Assembly: GCA_964647465.1 (NCBI GenBank)
Contig: CAZYFS010000002.1
Coordinates: forward strand, 1-62,434
Length of the DNA: 62,434 nt
Reading direction: 5' to 3'
Origin: an uncultured Candidatus Saccharibacteria bacterium
GTDB lineage: Bacteria > Patescibacteriota > Minisyncoccia > Minisyncoccales > UBA1441
The notes below the pieces were generated by a model. That model was not told the DNA's origin. It saw only the letters and a program-made list of their open reading frames with translations, and ran no database searches. A program made the position numbers and the translations under genes. Every line of letters begins with the position of its first letter. Positions within the stretch are counted from its first letter, which is position 1. Shown here piece after piece: positions 56,141-62,434 of the stretch.

Positions 56141-56806
56141 TTAATATAAAATTTCGATACTGGAAACATCAAAATTCTCGTATCCTCTGTGAATTATTTT
56201 CATCCCCAAAAAGAGCGGCTTAGTATTATCTGCCATTATTTCTAAAAAATAAAATTTCTCTTCGTTTTCAAAAAGTTTTGCACTACAGTCGTTCGAAATA
56301 GTTAGTAGACTTAAAGTAAAAACGTTATTCGTTTTTTGAACAGATCCAATATTAAAATCTTCTTCTTTTCTAGCAGAGATATTCGGAAGGGGCTTCTCCT
56401 CTTTTTTGACTTGAGAGGATTTTCTATGAGATAGCGGTAGATTTATTCCATCTTTCTCTTCGGCGTCCTTAATCTTCGCTCTTACGTTTTTTGCTGAACT
56501 AAATCCCACATTTTTAATATTCAGATCATATCCTTTCTGCTCCTCCTCGCCATTGTCTTTTTGAGTTAACTCCTGTTTAATCATTGGGCGAAATATGGGC
56601 ATAAAGAATGATTTTCTTATTAACGATTGAAATGCGATTCCCGCAACAGCTAGAAGAGCAATGCTTATAATAATCCACTCAACTCCCTTTCCTAAAAGAA
56701 ATAAGATAAGCGGAATCGAACATAATATTACCAATAAGAAAAATGGGTAATATTTTTCTGAACTATGTTCTCTTATAAAAAATCCTACTAATTCTTTTTG
56801 TTTCAT
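56141..56806 (-). CDS. membrane-anchored protein, unknown function
   Basis: 221 aa with two N-terminal TM helices, a K/E-rich linker and a C-terminal ~70-aa domain with no motif I recognise. Confidence 0.45.
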   Translation of the reverse strand: MKQKELVGFFIREHSSEKYYPFFLLVILCSIPLILFLLGKGVEWIIISIALLAVAGIAFQSLIRKSFFMPIFRPMIKQELTQKDNGEEEQKGYDLNIKNVGFSSAKNVRAKIKDAEEKDGINLPLSHRKSSQVKKEEKPLPNISARKEEDFNIGSVQKTNNVFTLSLLTISNDCSAKLFENEEKFYFLEIMADNTKPLFLGMKIIHRGYENFDVSSIEILY

Positions 56807-56890
56807 GGTTTCTATCTTATCAAAAAATTAATAATAAGAAAATAACAACAAGCATCGGAAAAGAATATTTCAGCGAAAAAGTTTTTGAAT

Positions 56891-58150
56891 TTACTTCGGG
56901 GAATAATATTTCTTTTCCATTATCTCTTTAGGAAAATGACTTTGCTCAACTTTGCCTTTTGGAAATTCATGAGCATATTTATAACCTTGCCCATATCCTA
57001 ACTTCTTCATCAAATTAGTAACTGCGTTTCTTAGATGCAAGGGAACACCAAAAGATCCTTTCTTGGCATCTTCCTTGGCCATCAAAAGAGCAGTATAGGA
57101 AGCATTGCTCTTAGGAGCTGTCGCTAGATAGGTTGTTCCTTGGGCTAAATTAATCTGAGCCTCAGGCATTCCAACGAATTCAATCGCTTGGAATACAGCA
57201 ACCGCCACTTGAATAGCTTGGGGATCAGCATTCCCAATATCTTCTGAAGCGAAAACAACCATGCGCCGAGCAATGAATCTTGGATTTTCTCCTGATTCTA
57301 CCATCCGCGCTAACCAATAAAGAGCTCCGTTAGGATCAGAATCTCTCAAGCTTTTAATGAAAGCCGAAATAACATTGTAATGTTGCTCTCCTTTCTTGTC
57401 ATAACTCCAGGCATACCTCTTAAGAATAGAAGAAATTTCTTCTGGCTTGATTGTCTTCCGCTTTTCGCTTTTCAGGTAACTAGTTACGAACTCTAGGGCG
57501 TTTAGGGCCACTCTCGCATCACCACCAGCAAAATGAATAATTTTCTCCAAAGATTGATCAGATAGTTGTAGCCCAAAAGAACCAAGACCTTTTACTTTGT
57601 CTTTGATTGCTCTTAATAGAATCTTCCGTAAGGCAGGAGAATCAAGAGGTTTTAAAACAAAAACTGCTGAACGGGAAAGCAAAGGAGTAATGACTTCAAA
57701 AGAAGGATTTTCTGTAGTCGCCCCAATTAAAATAATTGTACCGTCTTCAACATGAGGAAGAAGAGTATCTTGCTGGGCTTTATTGAAACGATGAATCTCA
57801 TCAAGGAAAAGAATTGTTTTCTGCTTTTCATATTTTAAGCGTTCTTGAGCTAAGGCAATCGTCTCCCTAACTTCTTTAACGTTCGTAGACACGGCGGAAA
57901 ACTGGACAAAATAAGATTGCGTCTCGCAAGCAATAATTCTAGCTAAGGTTGTCTTGCCTGAGCCGGGTGGGCCCCAGAAAATAAAAGAAGACAATCGATC
58001 ATCTTGAATTATCTTTCTTAAAGGGCTTCCCTTCCCTACTAATTCTTCCTGGCCAAAGAAAGCTTTGAAATCCGAAGGACGCATCCTTTCGGCTAAAGGT
58101 GCATTTTTCTCCTTTATATCCTGATGGGCTTGATCAAATAAATCTACCAT
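56891..58150 (-). CDS. rarA: replication-associated recombination protein A (AAA+ ATPase RarA/MgsA)
   Basis: 419 aa with Walker A GPPGSGKTT, Walker B LFLDEIHRFNK and the MgsA C-terminal domain (ISAFIKSLRDSDPNGALYWLARM). Confidence 0.9.
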   Translation of the reverse strand: MVDLFDQAHQDIKEKNAPLAERMRPSDFKAFFGQEELVGKGSPLRKIIQDDRLSSFIFWGPPGSGKTTLARIIACETQSYFVQFSAVSTNVKEVRETIALAQERLKYEKQKTILFLDEIHRFNKAQQDTLLPHVEDGTIILIGATTENPSFEVITPLLSRSAVFVLKPLDSPALRKILLRAIKDKVKGLGSFGLQLSDQSLEKIIHFAGGDARVALNALEFVTSYLKSEKRKTIKPEEISSILKRYAWSYDKKGEQHYNVISAFIKSLRDSDPNGALYWLARMVESGENPRFIARRMVVFASEDIGNADPQAIQVAVAVFQAIEFVGMPEAQINLAQGTTYLATAPKSNASYTALLMAKEDAKKGSFGVPLHLRNAVTNLMKKLGYGQGYKYAHEFPKGKVEQSHFPKEIMEKKYYSPK

Positions 58151-58286
58151 AGTTCATCTTTATCTTAAGCTTTGAAAATGAAATAAGCAAGGGTAATTTT
58201 AGCTCCATTAATTAATGAGAATAATTGCATTGCATGGGAGAAATTACTTGTTTTTTTATCGACTTGCTTAATTATGATTTAAGGGC

Positions 58287-58314
58287 TTGATTTAAAAACG
58301 GCATCTGCTACAAT
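58287..58314 (+). promoter_or_regulatory. sigma70-like promoter of cspA
   Basis: TTGATT, a 16-nt spacer, then TACAAT. This leaves a ~100-nt 5' UTR before ATG 58423. Confidence 0.45.
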
Positions 58315-58422
58315 CACTCTGTTAGATATTTTAAACTCATTAAAAATCTAATGCTTGGGTAAGGACGGAAAATAAGTCGACTTTCTAGTTATTACTATAG
58401 GCTAGTCATTTAATCATAATTT

Positions 58423-58620
58423 ATGCAAGGAACCATCAAAAAGTTGACTGATAAAAACTTTGGTTTTATAGCTCAAGAAGATAGCGAGCAAGATTTATTC
58501 TTTCACGCTAACGAATTAGCAGGAATTGAGTTCAGCGACTTGAAAGAAGGTGACGCAGTTACTTTTGAAGTGAAAGACACTCCAAAAGGACCAGCTGCAG
58601 TAGAAGTTAAAAAAGCTTAA
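58423..58620 (+). CDS. cspA: cold-shock protein (CSD)
   Basis: 65 aa with the RNP1-like motif KNFGFI and the RNP2-like motif DLFFH. Confidence 0.9.
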   Translation: MQGTIKKLTDKNFGFIAQEDSEQDLFFHANELAGIEFSDLKEGDAVTFEVKDTPKGPAAVEVKKA

Positions 58621-58644
58621 CTCACTTTCAATCAAAATAAAGCA

Positions 58645-58672
58645 AAAAGCCACTCTTCGGAGTGGTTTTTTG
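58645..58672 (+). terminator. intrinsic terminator of cspA
   Basis: The stem CCACTC-ttcg-GAGTGG is followed by TTTTTT. Confidence 0.7.
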
Positions 58673-58881
58673 GTTTATGCCTATAATTCTCCGAACCATG
58701 AACAGAATCTGAACTTTTTTTCAAAGAAAATCCTAAATAATTAGCTTCACCATATCATCGTCCTCACTCTTCGAGCAACTGCCCAACCAAAAATACGGCT
58801 TGTTTATATCCGTCATCGTTTTTCCATTTCTCCGTAAATTATAGCGCCATATCTGTGAGTCCTATTGTTAATAAGTTGTAT

Positions 58882-58910
58882 TTGCATTTTCGAAATAGTT
58901 TCAATATAAT
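58882..58910 (+). promoter_or_regulatory. near-consensus sigma70 promoter of the LexA-methyltransferase fusion gene
   Basis: TTGCAT (58882-87), a 17-nt spacer, then TATAAT (58905-10). The palindrome TTTCGAAA (58889-58896) sits in the spacer, and a second TCGAAA is at 58922-58927. Confidence 0.55.
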
Positions 58911-58967
58911 GTTATTGTAGTCGAAAGTAATTAGAAAATCCAACCTAAGAATTTTCAAGACGAAAAT

Positions 58968-60509
58968 ATGGTCACAAAAAGACAAAAAGAAGTTTTAAAT
59001 TTTATTGAGAAATACAAAAAGAAGGAAAGCTATGCTCCCTCTCTTGAAGATATAAAAAAACATTTGAAACTTTCTTCCGTTTCTACCGCTCATTACCATA
59101 TCAAAAAACTGGAAGGGCTTGGTCTATTGCGAAAAGGCGAACATCAACCTCGCTCAATGGTGACAACAAGAGAAAAACAAATGATGAGTGTTCCAATTAT
59201 TGGAACAATCTCTGCTGGACGACCAATTGAAGCTATAGAGTTTTCAGACGGTGCGGTTTTAATGGACAAACGGAGTTATAGCACAAATGATAATTTTTAT
59301 GCCCTGCGAGTGACTGGCAACAGTATGATTGATGAGGGTATTTTTGACAAAGACATTGTAGTAATAAAAAAACAAGCTAGTGCAGAAAACGGACAAACAG
59401 TCGTAGCAATTATTGACGATAATCAAGCAACCTTAAAAAAACTTTATCATTTAGAGAACAGATTTAAACTTGTGCCTGCAAATCAAAACATGTTGCCGTT
59501 TTACAGAAAGGAAGTTGAGGTACGTGGGGTAGTTGTAAAAATAATTAGAAATTTAGAACCACAAAAAAAATTACGGACTTTGGATTTATTTGCTGGAATT
59601 GGTGGAATAAGACTTGGCTTTGAAAAAGCCGGATTTGATACTGTTTTCGCAAATGATTTTGAGAAACAATGCAAAGCAACATATGACGAAAATTTTGATA
59701 CTTGTAAACTTGTTGTCGAGGACATAACAAAAATAGAGCCTGAGGATTTACCAGAATTTGATTTTTTGCTTGCTGGTTTCCCATGTCAGCCATTTTCTGT
59801 TGCAGGATATAGACAAGGATTTAAAGATGAAAAAGGACGAGGTAATTTATTTTTTTATATAGCAAGAATTATCAAAGAAAGACAACCCAAAGGCTTTTTG
59901 CTAGAAAATGTAAAAAATTTAAGAGGTCATGACGGTGGTAAAACATTTGAAATTATTGAGCAAACATTAAAAGATCTCGGCTATCATTTAAAATCAAAGA
60001 TTTTAAACAGTATGGAATATGGAAATATTCCACAAAACAGAGAGAGAATTTATATAGTTGGTTTTAAAAACAAAAAGCATGCAGACAATTTTATCTTCCC
60101 AAAGAAAAAAAAGCTTGTCACAAAAGTAACTGATTTATTGGAAAAAAATGTTTCCGAAAAATATTATTACAATGGAAAGCCATTGTATGAAAGAATAAAA
60201 AATGATGTAAAAGAAGAAGGAAAAGTTTATCAATGGCGCAGAAAGTATGTGCGTGAAAATAAAAGCGGCGTTTGCCCAACACTAACAGCAAACATGGGAA
60301 CAGGGGGGCATAATGTACCAATCATAAAAGACAAAAAAGGAATTAGAAAACTAACTCCTCTTGAGTGTGCTCGTATTCAAGGTTTTCCAATGAATTTCAA
60401 ATTACCAGATTTGGCAGATTCTGCTTTGTATAAACAGTTTGGCAATTCTGTAACTGTAAGTGTAGTTGAAGCGGTAGCAAGAGAGATTAAAAAGGCTATC
60501 AATAGTTAA
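58968..60509 (+). CDS. fusion protein: LexA-like repressor (wHTH plus S24 autopeptidase) joined to a DNA (cytosine-5)-methyltransferase
   Basis: 513 aa. Residues 1-~197 are LexA-like: RQKEVLNFI...STAHYHIKKLEGLGLL, the cleavage-site context GTISAGRPIEA (A83-G84), the GNSM serine (S119) and TLKKL (K157). Residues ~203-513 are Dcm-like: motif I LDLFAGIGG, IV GFPCQPFS, VI LLENV, VIII QNRERIYIVGF and X QFGNSVTV. Confidence 0.85.
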   Translation: MVTKRQKEVLNFIEKYKKKESYAPSLEDIKKHLKLSSVSTAHYHIKKLEGLGLLRKGEHQPRSMVTTREKQMMSVPIIGTISAGRPIEAIEFSDGAVLMDKRSYSTNDNFYALRVTGNSMIDEGIFDKDIVVIKKQASAENGQTVVAIIDDNQATLKKLYHLENRFKLVPANQNMLPFYRKEVEVRGVVVKIIRNLEPQKKLRTLDLFAGIGGIRLGFEKAGFDTVFANDFEKQCKATYDENFDTCKLVVEDITKIEPEDLPEFDFLLAGFPCQPFSVAGYRQGFKDEKGRGNLFFYIARIIKERQPKGFLLENVKNLRGHDGGKTFEIIEQTLKDLGYHLKSKILNSMEYGNIPQNRERIYIVGFKNKKHADNFIFPKKKKLVTKVTDLLEKNVSEKYYYNGKPLYERIKNDVKEEGKVYQWRRKYVRENKSGVCPTLTANMGTGGHNVPIIKDKKGIRKLTPLECARIQGFPMNFKLPDLADSALYKQFGNSVTVSVVEAVAREIKKAINS

Positions 60510-61372
60510 AGCTTAACAAGAAGCTCCTTCCAGTCTTCGTCGGAATTATGCAACTTACTTGCTGATTTTACATATCTGTGTCCATTGCTAAATTCTTGCC
60601 TTGGAATTTTAGTAACCTTTTCTAATTCATCTACATATACAAAGCCACAGATCCACACAGGGACACTTTCTAGTTTTTCAATTTTTTTAAAATTAGAATT
60701 TTTTTCAAAAAACTTTCTAACTTTTCCAAAAAAGGAGTGTTCTCGTAGAATTCTAAATAGATGATCGCTAGGCAAGCCAACTCTTGCAAAAATATAGACG
60801 TCACTTTTACGATTACTTAACTCCACTTCATTTGCTCCAAGAACAAGAAAGGCATTTTTCATTTTACTAGCCTTCACGCCAACTCCAAGATTTGGTTGTC
60901 TAAAAGTATTGCCATCTTTAATTTTATCAAAATCCTGTGGTGTTATTTCCCCTGGATGAACACTTTCGTCTAGCTCGATGTCCGTTGAAAATTTTTGTGA
61001 TAAAAAATTCTTAACTGCGTGTTCAGCCAATATACCAAGAATTACATCGTCAGTAGCTTGCACTTCGGTTCTTTGGCCTCTTATGCCATTTAGTGATAAT
61101 CCGCCATAAACCATTTTAATTGCAAATTCAAAACAAGCCTCATATTCTGCCATGGTTAAATTAACGGTCCTCTCTTCTTTTGAACGCTTCCAAGAAGATA
61201 GAAAACTTTTATTAAAAGACCATCCCCCTCTTATCTTTTTGCCAATAATTTCTTTGCTGGCTTTATGATAATTATCAAATTCCTTTTCAGTAATTCCAAG
61301 AAATTCTATGGCGCTTTTTCTGCTTAACTTATCATGAACTTCAGTTGCGGAGGCTTTTTTCATACATTTCAT
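60506..61372 (-). CDS. putative type II restriction endonuclease with an N-terminal excisionase-type HTH
   Basis: 288 aa, convergent with the methyltransferase gene and overlapping it by 4 nt. The N-terminus AIEFLGITEKEFDNYHK...KIRGGWSFNKSFLSSW is HTH_17-like. The core has a possible PD-(D/E)xK arrangement (AEHAV...PQDFD...GVKASK). The nuclease call is by context. Confidence 0.5.
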   Translation of the reverse strand: MKCMKKASATEVHDKLSRKSAIEFLGITEKEFDNYHKASKEIIGKKIRGGWSFNKSFLSSWKRSKEERTVNLTMAEYEACFEFAIKMVYGGLSLNGIRGQRTEVQATDDVILGILAEHAVKNFLSQKFSTDIELDESVHPGEITPQDFDKIKDGNTFRQPNLGVGVKASKMKNAFLVLGANEVELSNRKSDVYIFARVGLPSDHLFRILREHSFFGKVRKFFEKNSNFKKIEKLESVPVWICGFVYVDELEKVTKIPRQEFSNGHRYVKSASKLHNSDEDWKELLVKL

Positions 61373-61377
61373 TCTAC

Positions 61378-61410
61378 CAAAAAAACCACCCCTATTACAA
61401 GGTGGTTGGG
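61378..61410 (-). terminator. terminator-like hairpin plus U7, 6 nt upstream of the endonuclease start codon
   Basis: The minus strand reads AACCACC-ttgtaataggg-GGTGGTT followed by TTTTTGGTAGA and the ATG. Confidence 0.45.
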
Positions 61411-61502
61411 ATTGCTCCCTCTATTAAACGCATTTAGAACTATAAATTGGAAAGAAATTAGGGAAGAAATAAGAAAATTACAGCCTATTCCGGCGAGAAC
61501 TC

Positions 61503-61541
61503 AAATAAAAAGAGTGGGCTCCAATCGTCTGATTGAAGCCC
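61503..61541 (-). terminator. intrinsic terminator of the NUDIX gene
   Basis: The minus strand reads GGGCTTCAAT-cagacg-ATTGGAGCCC (9/10 bp) followed by ACTCTTTTTATTT. Confidence 0.6.
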
Positions 61542-61552
61542 CTTCTTGTGCA

Positions 61553-62005
61553 TCATCGCACTTCCTTAAAGACATCGAGCGGGTACGGATCCCCTGTCAG
61601 CCAGTCCATCAGGACTCTGGCAGAATACTCTGGCCGGTAGAGCTGATTTGACGCAAGCAGAGCCCGCACTTCTTTTCTGGAGAACCAACGAATCTCGGCA
61701 ATCTCGGCGATTCGAGGATTTTCCTCTCCACCCACGATACAACCAGCAAATACGAAAGCAATCCTTACCGCTCCTTCCTTGGGGCGATTATACACCCCTA
61801 CTAGGCCAAAGAGAGTTATCTCATAGCCCGTTTCTTCTTTTGTCTCTCGCTTGGCACCGTCCAGAATCACTTCCCCTGGCAAGAGGTGCCCAGCTGGAAT
61901 ACTCCATTTTCCGCCTTTTTCTTCAACTTGCCTCACACAGAGAAGTTTGCCATTGTTCTCTATGCAAACACCGACAGATACACCCGTAGTAGATTCACTC
62001 GTCAT
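61553..62005 (-). CDS. NUDIX hydrolase
   Basis: 150 aa with the Nudix box GHLLPGEVILDGAKRETKEETGYE and the strong SD AAGGAGG upstream. GC is about 50% by spot count. Confidence 0.85.
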   Translation of the reverse strand: MTSESTTGVSVGVCIENNGKLLCVRQVEEKGGKWSIPAGHLLPGEVILDGAKRETKEETGYEITLFGLVGVYNRPKEGAVRIAFVFAGCIVGGEENPRIAEIAEIRWFSRKEVRALLASNQLYRPEYSARVLMDWLTGDPYPLDVFKEVR

Positions 62006-62030
62006 GGAGCCCTCCTTTTAACGATAATTT

Positions 62031-62058
62031 ATCTTACCATTTTTATGGATAATGTCAA
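62031..62058 (-). promoter_or_regulatory. sigma70-like promoter of the NUDIX gene
   Basis: The minus strand reads TTGACA, a 16-nt spacer, then TAAGAT. Confidence 0.45.
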
Positions 62059-62350
62059 CAAAACCCTCTTGGTCATGTCTGTGTTTTTTGGTCACTCGAA
62101 CTAAGCACTAGCCTGCTCCCCTAGTCGGTCCAGAACTTTTAGAAATCAAGCCCCACAAGAGCTTTTGGGATGATTTCGCGGGATCAATTTAATGCCTCTC
62201 GATCGGAGCATTTTAACCTAAAATGAGACAAATGAGACGCTACTGTTTAATCCAATAAATAATTCTTTCGAAATGCCTCGTTCCTTTCTCGTGCACGCCT
62301 TTTCCAAATAACTTGTTCGCGAATTGTTTTATTCTATCTAGCATAATAAA

Positions 62351-62434
62351 TTACTTAAATTTTAAATATCTAATAATCGCTGCGAAATTATTCGATTTTC
62401 CACACCATTCTTTTGGTTTTTCGTCCATCAATTG
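62351..62434 (-). CDS. 3' end of an unidentified gene entering from the window edge
   Basis: The open frame from the edge reads QLMDEKPKEWCGKSNNFAAIIRYLKFK followed by TAA. It is too short to assign a function. Confidence 0.3.
   Translation of the reverse strand, partial: QLMDEKPKEWCGKSNNFAAIIRYLKFK

Noticed and set aside
58691-58716. GAAC repeats (cGAACcatGAACagaatctGAAC) as a Cheo-type LexA box upstream of the LexA-methylase gene
   Set aside because: The repeats are direct rather than inverted (no GAAC-N4-GTTC). They lie ~170 nt upstream of the promoter.
61334-61989. Two plus-strand ORFs (105 and 113 aa) across the NUDIX region
   Set aside because: They are antisense to a Nudix-box gene that has a promoter, SD and terminator. 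They stay open only because the GC-rich sequence has few stop codons.
62089-62121. A tmRNA-like 5' end (minus strand GGGGAGCAGGCTAGTGCTTAGTTCGAGTGACC)
   Set aside because: Only a loose resemblance to the GGGG...UUCGAC start. Downstream sequence runs straight into the NUDIX promoter and gene. There is no tag reading frame and no tRNA-like 3' end (GGTTCGA...CCA).
62240-62344. A 34-aa minus-strand ORF (MLDRIKQFANKLFGKGVHEKGTRHFERIIYWIKQ) near the window end
   Set aside because: It is too short and has no supporting signals. It may be a remnant in a mosaic accessory region.
1-62434. Mobile-element hallmarks (transposase, integrase, IS inverted repeats, att-like direct repeats flanking the GC-rich cassettes or the R-M region)
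   Set aside because: No recombinase-like ORF is present, and I could find no flanking direct repeats by eye. The islands are therefore reported only as compositional anomalies.

Overview
AT-rich, gene-dense 62.4-kb bacterial window. My spot counts on single 60-nt lines give about 27-35% GC for the backbone. About 58 kb is transcribed from the minus strand. Most start codons I checked lack a Shine-Dalgarno sequence. TGA is a stop codon and prfB is present, so this is genetic code 11. The gene content points to a Candidate Phyla Radiation/Patescibacteria-like organism, which is an inference: archaeal-type ApgM, ADP-forming acetyl-CoA synthetase, class III RNR, and a VirD4-like ATPase with a CxxC-x17-CxxC ribbon. 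Housekeeping content: ppsA (partial), acd alpha/beta, apgM, eno, ftsZ, ftsEX, prfB with its +1 frameshift, tRNA-Gln/Thr/Gly, lepA, murJ, RNase P RNA, rnhA, a RecJ-like DHH protein, a degenerate PGK homolog, secDF-secA-hpf, murB, two MscS channels, an extracytoplasmic thiol-redox module, trxB-gdh-trxA-nrdG-nrdD, gmk, an SPFH protein, ychF, rarA and cspA. The items most worth a second look are as follows. (1) One ORF fuses a complete LexA-like repressor/S24 autopeptidase to a complete C5 cytosine methyltransferase, and it lies convergent with an HTH-bearing putative restriction endonuclease. (2) A perfect 1245-bp tandem duplication of an uncharacterised DUF134-DUF5320-ferredoxin cassette has a junction carrying a 29-nt inverted copy of an internal gene segment, a template-switch signature. 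(3) SecD carries an embedded, apparently permuted parvulin PPIase domain. (4) An HTH / 2-TM membrane / VirD4-like ATPase trio is present. (5) Two unannotated small ORFs have their own terminators: a 51-aa hyperacidic protein and a 56-aa Gly-rich triple-repeat peptide. (6) Three GC-rich cassettes with canonical SD sequences (PKD-repeat surface protein, gmk, NUDIX) look foreign to the backbone. No CRISPR array, rRNA, transposase or integrase was seen.
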